From: a virus
Taxonomy: Duplodnaviria > Caudoviricetes
Virus record (IMG/VR): IMGVR_UViG_3300025120_000060
Coordinates: 1-57,269 of that record
Strand: one strand, 5' to 3'
DNA length: 57,269 bases
Shown: in pieces, positions 29,578-38,451 of the stretch
Position numbering within the stretch: position 1 is the first letter of the stretch
Layout of the letters: every line of letters begins with the position of its first letter
The notes under the pieces: model-generated
The model's database searches: none
What the model was told of the DNA's origin: nothing
Seen by the model: only the letters and a program-made list of their open reading frames with translations
Translations under genes and position numbers: made by a program

Positions 29578-30414
29578 ATGCGTAAAACTAAAAAAACGAA
29601 AAGTACGAAGAAGCTGTCTACAGGTAAGGCAGTTGAGACTAAGAAAAACTCTGAGGTTGCTGCGGTAACCTTGTCGAGTCTCGAAGCATTGTCAGGTAGA
29701 GGTTTACAAAACGTATCTACTGACACAATGGCTACACCAAGAATTAAAATCTTGATGCAGCTTTCGCCTGAACTGGAAGAAATTGAAGGTGCGAAAGCAG
29801 GAATGATTTACAATACTGTAACTCAAGAACTGTTTAAGTCAGAAGAAGGTATCAAAATTATACCTTGTTACTTTCAATTACAGTACGTTGAATGGACTGA
29901 TAGAGGACAGGGCAGTAGTGCGCCTATCAATGTTTATGATGCTAGTTCTGACATTCTCATGAAGACTAAAAGAGATGAGCAGAACAAAGATAGACTTGAG
30001 AGTGGCAACTACATCGACACTTGTCACAATCACTTTGTTCTAGTCATGGAAAAGAATGGTGTACCTTCGCCCGCTGTAATTACGTTTAAGTCAACACAGC
30101 TTAAGCATAGTAAGCGTTGGAACACTATGATGAAAAGACAGTTCTTGAAAAACGAAAACGGTACTTTATTTGCCGCTCCTTCTTTTGCTCACGTTTACAA
30201 GTGGTCAACTATGAAAGAGTCAAATGATAAAGGCACCTGGTATGGTTGGAACGGCCCCATAAAAGATGCCGTGATAACTGAGTTAGATAATAGTTCTGAG
30301 ATTTTACAGATGGCAAAAGACTTTGAAGAAAGCTGTCGTAAAGGTGAGAGAAACGTTTCATACGAGGAAAGTGAAACATCTTCTACTAAACTCGACGAGA
30401 ACATACCATTTTAA
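29578..30414 (+). CDS. Single-stranded DNA-binding-like protein
   Basis: Acidic tail ending DENIPF; STQLK.SKRWN; NDKGTWYGW. Confidence 0.7.
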   Translation: MRKTKKTKSTKKLSTGKAVETKKNSEVAAVTLSSLEALSGRGLQNVSTDTMATPRIKILMQLSPELEEIEGAKAGMIYNTVTQELFKSEEGIKIIPCYFQLQYVEWTDRGQGSSAPINVYDASSDILMKTKRDEQNKDRLESGNYIDTCHNHFVLVMEKNGVPSPAVITFKSTQLKHSKRWNTMMKRQFLKNENGTLFAAPSFAHVYKWSTMKESNDKGTWYGWNGPIKDAVITELDNSSEILQMAKDFEESCRKGERNVSYEESETSSTKLDENIPF

Positions 30415-30420
30415 CTTTAG

Positions 30421-30443
30421 AGGGGGCTTCGGCCCCCTTTTTT
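30421..30443 (+). terminator. Intrinsic terminator with UUCG tetraloop
   Basis: GGGGGC-TTCG-GCCCCC followed by T run. Confidence 0.9.
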
Positions 30444-30457
30444 AATCAGGAGATGTT

Positions 30458-31960
30458 TTGGATTATAAGAAATTTAGAGAGATATTTAGGGGTTTAGATA
30501 GAGCCTATGGTGTTTACTACAAAGGAGAGACTAAAGAGAATGGTAAATTATCAGGTAAAGCTTATATCAAAAAAGAGCCTTTATTAGAGGAATACTATAG
30601 AAATCACTTGCTAGGACAGGACCCTTCGTTGGGTGTTGTTCCTATCATGGATAATTCCAATTGTTTTTGGGGTTGCTGTGATATCGATAAGTATCCGCTT
30701 GATTTTAAATCAATAATAAAAAAGCTTAGACTAAAGAAAATTCCTATGAGTGTTTGTCGTTCTAAGAGCGGCGGGGCACACCTGTTTCTATTTACAAAGC
30801 AAGCAGTATCAGCAACTGTAATGAGAAACAAGTTGTATGAAATAGCTGCCTTTCTTGGTTACGCTGATTGTGAAATATTTCCTAAGCAGACTGAGATCAA
30901 AGCAGATAGAGGTGACACAGGTAATTTTTTGAATCTGCCTTATCACGGCGGTAATGAAAGTATGCGTTATGCTATGGATGATGAGGGTCAGTCCTTATCA
31001 GTAGAAGAATTTTATAAGCATTATGACAACATAGTGTTAACACCAAAAGAATTAAAAGAGATTAGTGTGGTTGACGAGTCTCGTGAGCTTAAAGACGGAC
31101 CACCTTGTTTAGAAACTTTAATGGCCGAAGGTTTTCCTGAAGGCACAAGAGATAATGCTTTATATCAATATGCTGTTTATGCTAAGAAAGCTTTTCCTGA
31201 TCTCTGGCAGGATAAAATATCAGAGTTTAATCACAAGTACATGGACCCTTCTTTGTCTATTGCGCAAGTCAACAAGACTATTAAGCAACATGAGAAAAAA
31301 GAATATGCATACAAGTGTAAGGATCAACCAATGTGTTCACATTGTAATTCAAACCTATGTAGACAAAGAGTCTATGGGGTTGGTCCTGACTACGAACATA
31401 AGTTTGGTGACTTGACTAAGTATCAGTCAGATGAATCTGTTTGGTTTTTAAATGTAGATGGACAAAGACTCGAGCTCACAACAGACTCTCTCTTTGATCA
31501 GTCAAAGTTTAGAAAAGCGTGTATGGATAACTTAAACGTTTTACCTAACCCTATGAATACAAGGGACTGGACCGCAAGAATTCAACAGTTATTACAGGGT
31601 GTAGAGATCATTGAGATGCCTAAAGAAGTTAGAAAAGAAGGTCGCTTTGAACAGCACCTTGATAACTTTATTAATGATCAAGGTAAAGCAATGAACATAG
31701 AAGAAATATTAATTGGTAAGGCCTGGGCTGAGGAAGGTAAAATATTTTTTAAGATGTCTTCTTTAGAAGAGTACCTACAGAAAAAAAGATTCTTTGAGTT
31801 TACTACAACACAGATGGGTGCAAGGATAAAACAGTTAGGTGGTGGTGACACACGAAAAAGAGTGAGAGGTAAAGTAGTTTACATGTGGTATGTTCCTGAT
31901 CAAAGTGGTGAGGAAGTTAATTTAGATCTACCAAGTATGAAGGAGACAATACCTTTCTAA
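30458..31960 (+). CDS. Primase (AEP/prim-pol type with PriCT-like domain)
   Basis: CDID, RSKSGGAH, GNFLNLPY, GPPCL, EGTRDN. Confidence 0.8.
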   Translation: MDYKKFREIFRGLDRAYGVYYKGETKENGKLSGKAYIKKEPLLEEYYRNHLLGQDPSLGVVPIMDNSNCFWGCCDIDKYPLDFKSIIKKLRLKKIPMSVCRSKSGGAHLFLFTKQAVSATVMRNKLYEIAAFLGYADCEIFPKQTEIKADRGDTGNFLNLPYHGGNESMRYAMDDEGQSLSVEEFYKHYDNIVLTPKELKEISVVDESRELKDGPPCLETLMAEGFPEGTRDNALYQYAVYAKKAFPDLWQDKISEFNHKYMDPSLSIAQVNKTIKQHEKKEYAYKCKDQPMCSHCNSNLCRQRVYGVGPDYEHKFGDLTKYQSDESVWFLNVDGQRLELTTDSLFDQSKFRKACMDNLNVLPNPMNTRDWTARIQQLLQGVEIIEMPKEVRKEGRFEQHLDNFINDQGKAMNIEEILIGKAWAEEGKIFFKMSSLEEYLQKKRFFEFTTTQMGARIKQLGGGDTRKRVRGKVVYMWYVPDQSGEEVNLDLPSMKETIPF

Positions 31961-33480
31961 TGGATAACACAACAATTATATTTGGGCCTCCAGGCACTGG
32001 CAAGACGACAAAGTTATTGAACATAGTAGAACAAGAATTGGAACGCGGAACACCACCCGACCGCATAGGATACTTTGCGTTTACTCGTAAGGCTTCACAA
32101 GAAGCTGTCGCTAGAGCTTGTTCTAAGTTTAATATAGAGAGAAAACAATTTTCTAATTTTAGAACATTACATAGTCTTGCTTACAGGTCTTTGAAACTAG
32201 ACAAAACAAATGTTATGAAGGACGAACACTACAAGGATTTAGAAAGTATACTGCAGGTCAGGCTTACAAACCCTGACTCTACTATCAATACCTTTGGAGC
32301 TTTTGTTGCAGACGACATTTATATGCAGTTGATAAACCTGGCTAAGGTAAAAAATGAGCCGTTAGAAAAAGTATTTCATCAGTTTGGTCATGTGCCAGGG
32401 GGTTGGTTAAAGTTAGAATATGTTGACAGGGCTTTAAAAGCTTACAAAAAAGAAAGAAACTTATTTGATTATACTGACATGATTATTGAATATAACGAGC
32501 AAACGCCTAATCCTAATTTAGATGTTCTTATTGTAGACGAGGCTCAAGACTTGTCTTTTATACAGTGGGAAATGGTAAAGCATATGCAAAGTCTTGTAGC
32601 AAGGGTTTATATTGCAGGGGACGATGACCAAGCTATTTTTAAATGGTCAGGAGCTCAACCGGAGTTCTTGATTGATTTACCAGGTAAGAGAGAAATATTA
32701 AATCAGTCTTATCGTGTGCCTATTGCAGTGCATGGTGTAGCTAATAAGTTAGTAAACAGGATAGAGAACAGGGTGCCTAAAGACTATAGGCCTAAAACTG
32801 CATCTGGGTTTCTTGAAAAACATATACATCGCTTTGACTCTGTAAACTTGAAACACGGATCATGGCTCTTACTAGGTAGAACTAACTACGTTGCAGAACA
32901 GTTAGTTGATGAGCTAAGAAGCATGGGTGTTTACTATGAAAAGTTTGACAACCCTTCTGTATCACAGAAATTAGTTGAGGGCATAAGAACCTGGGAGGCC
33001 TTACAAAGAGGTGAGCAAGTAAACTTTAATCAAGTAAAGAATTTTTATTCTTATTTAAAATTAGATAAGGATGTAGCACGCGGGCATAAAGGATTGTCAG
33101 GAGTTGATGAAAAGAAGATGTTTAACATTGCAACATTAGGAGTTGAACATGGTCTTAAGATAGAACAAAGAACCCCCTGGCACTATGCTTTGACACAAGT
33201 ATCTGAAACAATGAAAGTTTATGTTTTATCTTTGTTAAGAAATAATGAAGAGATAGATTTAAAACCTAGAATAAAAGTTTCAACAATACATGGTGCTAAA
33301 GGTGGAGAGGCTGACAATGTAATGTTGCTTACTGATCTTACAAAGAGAGTTGAGCAAGGTTACTTAGCTAACCCCGACGACGAGAGAAGAGTATTTTACG
33401 TTGGAGCTACGAGAGCAAAACAGTCCTTGCATCTTGTTGCTAGTCAAAGTAATTTAGAATTCTCAGAAATTTTTAGATGA
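31960..33480 (+). CDS. UvrD/Rep-family SF1 helicase
   Basis: GPPGTGKT, DEAQD, GDDDQAI, TIHGAKGGEA, YVGATRAK. Confidence 0.93.
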   Translation: MDNTTIIFGPPGTGKTTKLLNIVEQELERGTPPDRIGYFAFTRKASQEAVARACSKFNIERKQFSNFRTLHSLAYRSLKLDKTNVMKDEHYKDLESILQVRLTNPDSTINTFGAFVADDIYMQLINLAKVKNEPLEKVFHQFGHVPGGWLKLEYVDRALKAYKKERNLFDYTDMIIEYNEQTPNPNLDVLIVDEAQDLSFIQWEMVKHMQSLVARVYIAGDDDQAIFKWSGAQPEFLIDLPGKREILNQSYRVPIAVHGVANKLVNRIENRVPKDYRPKTASGFLEKHIHRFDSVNLKHGSWLLLGRTNYVAEQLVDELRSMGVYYEKFDNPSVSQKLVEGIRTWEALQRGEQVNFNQVKNFYSYLKLDKDVARGHKGLSGVDEKKMFNIATLGVEHGLKIEQRTPWHYALTQVSETMKVYVLSLLRNNEEIDLKPRIKVSTIHGAKGGEADNVMLLTDLTKRVEQGYLANPDDERRVFYVGATRAKQSLHLVASQSNLEFSEIFR

Positions 33481-35393
33481 AAGAACATAATTGGATACTA
33501 CCAGAGTATAAGGAAGGAAAGATAGAATCTTACATGAGTAATCAAATACCTATGTTTCAACCACCAAGCGAGTGGTTGCCGCCAGAAAACATTCCTAATT
33601 TAGATGACGCTAAAGAAATAGCTGTTGATTTAGAAACAATGGACCCTGACATAAAAACAAAAGGCCCTGGTTGGGCTACCGGGAACGGTGCAATCATTGG
33701 TGTAGCCATGGCAGTAGAAGGTTGGAAGGGTTACTTTCCTTTACGACATCCTGGTGGTGGTAACTTTGATGAGAAAATATTTTTTAGAAATTTTAAAAAG
33801 ATGATGTCTTTACCCAATAGAAAGATTTTTCATAATGCTATGTATGATGTTGGTTGGCTTAAACATCAAGAGATACCTGTCAACGGCACGTTGATTGATA
33901 CAATGATAGCAGCTCAAATCATAGACGAGAATCGTATGGGTTACTCTCTTAACGCTGTTGCTAAAGACTATTTGGGTGAAAAGAAATCAGAAGCTTTACT
34001 TTATGAGGCTGCAAAAGAGTGGGGTGTAGACCCTAAAGGCGAGATGTATAAGCTCCCCGCACAGTTTGTAGGACCTTATGCTGAACAGGATGCCGAGCTC
34101 ACACTGAAGTTGTGGGGTCGCCTGGAGTCAGAAATATATAAACAAGATTTAGTTTCCATATTCTCATTAGAGACGAACATTCTTCCGGCTTTAATTGAGA
34201 TGAAGTGGAGAGGTGTCCGTGTTGACACCAGTCGTGCTGCTCAGATAAAAGAGAAACTCCTTCAAGAAGAGAATCTTCTTCTTTCCTCTATCCAAAACAT
34301 CTCAGGGGTTTCTGTTGATTTGTGGGCAGCACGTTCAGTTGCGAAAGCATTTGACTCTATGGACATACCTTACGAAAAGACTGCAAAGTCGAAGGAACCT
34401 AAGTTCGATAAGAATTTTTTAGGAACTCACCCAAGTAAGTTGGCTAACTTAATTGTTCAGGCTCGTGAGATAAATAAAGCCAGGACAACTTTTATTGACA
34501 CAATTATGAAGCATCAACACAAAGGTAGAATACACGCTGAGATACATCAAATGAGATCTGACCAGGGCGGAACTGTTACAGGTAGGTTCTCAATGAGTAA
34601 CCCTAACCTTCAACAGATACCTGCAAGAAACGCAAAGATTGGACCAATGATAAGAAGTTTATTTATACCTGAAGAAGGAGCGAAGTGGGGTTGCTTTGAT
34701 TACAACCAACAAGAACCACGGCTCGTGGCTCACTACGCTGCTATAACCAGGAATGGTTTAGAAGGTGCTGATAAAGTTATTGACGGATATAATAGTGACC
34801 TGGACTTCCATGGCACTGTTGCAGAGATGGCTAACATTGATCGTAAAACTGCAAAGACAATTAACCTGGGGCTGTTCTATGGAATGGGTAAAGGTAAATT
34901 AAAAAGTCAGCTTGGGTTAAACGATGAACAGGCCGATGCTTTGTTTAAAACTTATCACAGTCGTGTGCCTTTTGTTAAACAGCTCACGGAACAGGCCTCT
35001 AAGTCTGCACAAGAGAATGGTTTTGTTAGAACTTTACTGGGACGTAAGTGTCGTTTTGATTTATGGGAGCCCGCAAGCTTCGGTATTCATAAGCCATTGC
35101 AACGTGAACAAGCGACCAGGGAACATGGAAAAAATATTAAACGTGCGTTTACATACAAAGCTTTGAATAGATTGATACAAGGTTCAGCAGCTGACATGAC
35201 AAAGAAAGCAATTTTAGATTTATATAAAGAAGGAATAGTTCCACACATACAAGTGCATGATGAATTAGATTGTTCGTTTGAATCAGAAATACATGCAAAG
35301 AAAATTGAAAAGCAAATGGTAGAGTGTGTTGAGTTAAAGGTACCTGTTAAAGTTGATTGTGAAGTTGGCTCTAGTTGGGGCGATATTAAATAA
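33477..35393 (+). CDS. polA: DNA polymerase family A with 3'-5' exonuclease
   Basis: DLET, HNAMYD, YAEQDA, TGRFS...PNLQQIP, DYNQQEPR, AKTINLGLFYG, IQGSAAD, QVHDE. Confidence 0.95.
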   Translation: MKEHNWILPEYKEGKIESYMSNQIPMFQPPSEWLPPENIPNLDDAKEIAVDLETMDPDIKTKGPGWATGNGAIIGVAMAVEGWKGYFPLRHPGGGNFDEKIFFRNFKKMMSLPNRKIFHNAMYDVGWLKHQEIPVNGTLIDTMIAAQIIDENRMGYSLNAVAKDYLGEKKSEALLYEAAKEWGVDPKGEMYKLPAQFVGPYAEQDAELTLKLWGRLESEIYKQDLVSIFSLETNILPALIEMKWRGVRVDTSRAAQIKEKLLQEENLLLSSIQNISGVSVDLWAARSVAKAFDSMDIPYEKTAKSKEPKFDKNFLGTHPSKLANLIVQAREINKARTTFIDTIMKHQHKGRIHAEIHQMRSDQGGTVTGRFSMSNPNLQQIPARNAKIGPMIRSLFIPEEGAKWGCFDYNQQEPRLVAHYAAITRNGLEGADKVIDGYNSDLDFHGTVAEMANIDRKTAKTINLGLFYGMGKGKLKSQLGLNDEQADALFKTYHSRVPFVKQLTEQASKSAQENGFVRTLLGRKCRFDLWEPASFGIHKPLQREQATREHGKNIKRAFTYKALNRLIQGSAADMTKKAILDLYKEGIVPHIQVHDELDCSFESEIHAKKIEKQMVECVELKVPVKVDCEVGSSWGDIK

Positions 35394-35507
35394 ACCGCGT
35401 AAAATAACGAAAATAAAACAGCTTTTAAGAGCCATACAGGGGTGTCTTTTATATGCTCCTGTATGATTGCATTCAGGTAAAAATAACAATTAATATCTTT
35501 TTAGGAG

Positions 35508-35537
35508 TTGACATAATTAGTTGAGATATTATATACT
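35508..35537 (+). promoter_or_regulatory. Sigma70-like promoter upstream of the RHH / RAMP-like / array operon
   Basis: TTGACA 35508-35513; TATACT 35532-35537. Confidence 0.7.
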
Positions 35538-35695
35538 TACCATAGAAATAAAGAAAGGAGTTCAACATGGAATATACAATACCAAGTTGGGTAGAACTTA
35601 TATTAATAGACAGCGAAGGGAGCGACGATGATGATTAGTATTATTATCGGATGCGTTATAGCCATTCTAATTGTAAATCATTTGGGGTGGATATA

Positions 35696-35848
35696 ATGAC
35701 AGACATATCAAGGTACAAGTCTGTAGCTATTAAAAAAGATAGTTACAAAAAACTAAAAGGCATGGCAGATCAAGATTACAGATCAGTGGCAGGCTTTATA
35801 GAATACTTAATAGACAAAGAAATAGAGGAGAGAAGAAATGCCAAGTAA
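35696..35848 (+). CDS. Ribbon-helix-helix (CopG/Arc-like) DNA-binding protein
   Basis: YKSVAI beta strand then LKGMA...RSVAGFIEYLI; start refined to ATG 35696. Confidence 0.65.
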   Translation: MTDISRYKSVAIKKDSYKKLKGMADQDYRSVAGFIEYLIDKEIEERRNAK

Positions 35849-36464
35849 GAAAGAACCAGAAAACATTACAGTCCCAGGCGTGGTGCTACAAGACTGTGTA
35901 ATAACACTCAAAGGTGATTCACCTTTAATATGCAACAAATGGTCAGAGAAGGCCAAACAAGAAATAAGAGATAAGCAGATGAAGATAGCTAAAGCTGCGG
36001 GTAGACAAGCTAAGGATCCTGAAAAATGTTTTAGAGATTCTTTATATCAAATGCCAAATGGTAAAGATTACGGCTTCCCGGCTATTGCTTTTAAAGCTGC
36101 TGCTGTGAATGCTTGTTCTCACATTGATGGTCTTACAAAGGTCTCGGCTCGTGGATCATTTCACATTCCGTGTGACTTAATTAAGATCATTGGTAAACCA
36201 GTCATGAGAGAAGACATGGTGCGTGTTGGTATGGGTGCCGCTGATCTTAGATACAGAGGTGAGTTTACTAAATGGGAAGCTGAAGTTCCTGTAAGATACA
36301 ACGGAAATGCCTGGTCAATTGAACAATTGATTAACGTTTTTAACGTAGCGGGGTTTGCGTCTGGTGTTGGTGAATGGAGACCGCAAAAGAACGGTAACTT
36401 TGGAATGTTCAAAGTAACTAATGTAACAAAAATCGAAAGAAAGAAAGAGGTAAAAGTTGCGTAG
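35838..36464 (+). CDS. RAMP/Cas7-like RNA-binding protein (Vipr-like effector)
   Basis: ITLKGDSPLI first strand; FPAIAFKAA equivalent to the RAMP P.ss.KG helix; C-terminal G-rich loop AGFASGVGEWRPQKNGNFGMFKV. Confidence 0.75.
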   Translation: MPSKKEPENITVPGVVLQDCVITLKGDSPLICNKWSEKAKQEIRDKQMKIAKAAGRQAKDPEKCFRDSLYQMPNGKDYGFPAIAFKAAAVNACSHIDGLTKVSARGSFHIPCDLIKIIGKPVMREDMVRVGMGAADLRYRGEFTKWEAEVPVRYNGNAWSIEQLINVFNVAGFASGVGEWRPQKNGNFGMFKVTNVTKIERKKEVKVA

Positions 36465-36966
36465 AAAAATAATACAGTCCTATCAATTTAGGGGCAGCAA
36501 GACAACAAAGTATTCAGTGGACGCTCAAGTTGTTGGAGAAGAACTTGAAGCGATAACTAACAAGCACGGGACACTCAATCCACACGTTGTGGTGAAGGCG
36601 GCAGAAAGAAAGAGTTCGCCGCTTCACAAGTGCTTCACGTGGGATGATGCTTCTGCTGCAGATAAGCATCGGTTGCACGAAGCAAGGATGCTCATTGGTT
36701 CTGTCATGGTCGTCACGCAGCATGTAGACGAACCGGTGCGTGCTTTCCATAGTGTAAAGGTGACTACGTCGAACGGAGATGACGACACATCTGAGCGTAG
36801 TTACGTTCCATTGGATATTGCGTTGAGCGATGATGATTATCGAAGGCAGATCTTAGAACAGGCTGCCAGAGATCTTCATACTTGGAGAAGAAAATATGGG
36901 GAACTAAGAGAACTTCATAAATTTTTCTCTGAGGCTCAGCGTATCATTGATAAGTATGCAGCTTAA
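36457..36966 (+). CDS. Partner protein of the RAMP-like gene, function unknown
   Basis: LNPHVVV..A...SPLHKCFTWDD..AA..HRL.EAR.LI motif; overlaps the RAMP-like stop. Confidence 0.7.
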   Translation: MRRKIIQSYQFRGSKTTKYSVDAQVVGEELEAITNKHGTLNPHVVVKAAERKSSPLHKCFTWDDASAADKHRLHEARMLIGSVMVVTQHVDEPVRAFHSVKVTTSNGDDDTSERSYVPLDIALSDDDYRRQILEQAARDLHTWRRKYGELRELHKFFSEAQRIIDKYAA

Positions 36967-37127
36967 CAGGCATACTAGATGTAGTGGTGTTGCAAAAACG
37001 CAACACCACATATAGAGGAAGGATTAATTAATTATGAAAAAATATACTTATAAACATATCATAGAAATTTTATTAAAAAAAGAGGGTTGGATTAGAGTTC
37101 CTCTTTATTTACCTACGAGGGTTATCG

Positions 37128-37334
37128 ATGGCAAGTAGTGATGAATACTATGAAGAGAAGGTAAACGAGTTACGTGAATTGTATGACCATCTCGAAAATG
37201 CTTTGATAGCAGTCAGTAATGCTTCTCGATGTAAAGGTCGATTGCATTTACAGAAAGATCAACAAGATGAAATGAATACCATGATATTGGACCTTGAAGA
37301 TCTGTTGGCTACAGTCGATGACATAGAACCTTAG
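37128..37334 (+). CDS. Small acidic helical protein
   Basis: GAGG RBS; its TAG stop overlaps the first base of the array. Confidence 0.6.
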   Translation: MASSDEYYEEKVNELRELYDHLENALIAVSNASRCKGRLHLQKDQQDEMNTMILDLEDLLATVDDIEP

Positions 37335-37799
37335 GCAGGCTTAGCGAGGCTAGTTATGGCCCGGTGAGGTGAGTTTTTGGTGAGGCAGGCAAGGTCAGGT
37401 TTTGCGGGGTAAGGTGCGGTGTGGAGCGGTGTGTCAAGGCAGGATAGGTAAGGCGAGCATTGTTCAGGATCGGTTTGATTGCGGCAGGCGTGGTAAGTTA
37501 GGGACAGGACAGGTAGGGCCTGGATTGGTGTGGATTGGCGAGGCAGGCGAGGTGAGGTTTGTTGCGTTTTGATATGTTGAGTTTAGTTGAGGCAGGCGTG
37601 TTGAGGTCGGGTACGTTCTGGTGGTGTAAGGTGTGGTGATACAGGAGTGGTAAGTTTGAGTGAGGTATGGTCGGGTTTGTTGCGGCAGGCGGGGTGAGGT
37701 GCGTTCAGGTGAGGAGTGTTATTGGTATGTTGAGGCAGGCCAGGTATGTCCAGGTTTGGTATGATCCGGACGGGTAAGGCAAGTTAAGGTAAGGCCGGA
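37334..37799 (+). ncRNA. Array of nine GGCAGG-delimited units of (GGY-NN)n pentamers; putative guide-RNA array
   Basis: Delimiters at 37334, 37384, 37438, 37483, 37542, 37591, 37640 (TACAGG), 37684, 37734 and 37793 (GGCCGG); 5-nt periodicity; no ORF in track. Confidence 0.8.
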
Positions 37800-37810
37800 A
37801 AGGAGATAGC

Positions 37811-37951
37811 ATGGAAAAACTCATGACTGGTAGCCGGGCAATGAAAATTGTCAAGGATTACATAATTAAGGATATTGCCGACGAGGACGTTACAGTAGCG
37901 GTTCTTGCGTTGGAGAAATATATAAAAAGTTTGGAAAAGAGTGTTAAGTGA
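37811..37951 (+). CDS. Small hypothetical protein (46 aa)
   Basis: AAGGAG RBS immediately after the array; hand translation MEKLMTGSRAMKIVK... Confidence 0.6.
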   Translation: MEKLMTGSRAMKIVKDYIIKDIADEDVTVAVLALEKYIKSLEKSVK

Positions 37952-38074
37952 GATAGTCTATCACTCGGATTATCAATCCCACCCTAATCCAAAGGGTCGA
38001 CACCTGGTCTTTAGCCTCTTAACCCAGGTACGTGGTGTGACTGATGGAGAGACATCAACCAAGAAAGGAAAGAG

Positions 38075-38242
38075 ATGAACAAGACTATAGACAAACTCGT
38101 TAAGACAAAAAGATCAAAAGAAGTAGACAAGATAGAAGAGATGAAGTTAAAAAATATTATTGAAGTTGCTGTAAGAAAACGAGCTCCAGAGTGGTTAAAA
38201 GAACTTATCAAGGCCGACGACGCACGGATCACGAAACATTAA
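38075..38242 (+). CDS. Small hypothetical protein (55 aa)
   Basis: AAGGA RBS; MNKTIDKLVKTK... Confidence 0.55.
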   Translation: MNKTIDKLVKTKRSKEVDKIEEMKLKNIIEVAVRKRAPEWLKELIKADDARITKH

Positions 38243-38319
38243 AATGTCAATAGTAAAGAGTATTTGCTGTTGGGATTCTAATTTTATATATTGATCGTTC
38301 GCGCAAAATGGAGGTCAAA

Positions 38320-38451
38320 ATGGAAGAACTACAGGAAAAATATGAAGGTGCTTTGGAGGCGATAGCCTACCTGCACAATGAACTACTGGCTGTAAAGCAT
38401 TGTCAATGTGATGATGAAACAGTCGAAACTGAAGAGGATAGCGGGGCCTAG
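38320..38451 (+). CDS. Small acidic protein (43 aa)
   Basis: GGAGG RBS; own promoter-like TTGCTG-N17-TATATT. Confidence 0.6.
   Translation: MEELQEKYEGALEAIAYLHNELLAVKHCQCDDETVETEEDSGA

Noticed and set aside
33239-33340. Self-target of array unit 8 in UvrD (GEADNVM codons)
   Set aside because: Only about 5 of 8 dinucleotides match, which is compatible with chance.
37334-37799. Canonical CRISPR array
   Set aside because: The constant part is only ~7 nt and non-palindromic, the intervals are themselves 5-nt periodic, and no cas1/cas2 is recognisable.
37334-37799. Simple microsatellite, G-quadruplex tract or low-complexity ORF
   Set aside because: The NN positions are diverse, units are regularly delimited, a period of 5 does not fit codons and no ORF is called. 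Two-tier G4 formation is possible, but many triplets are GTT.
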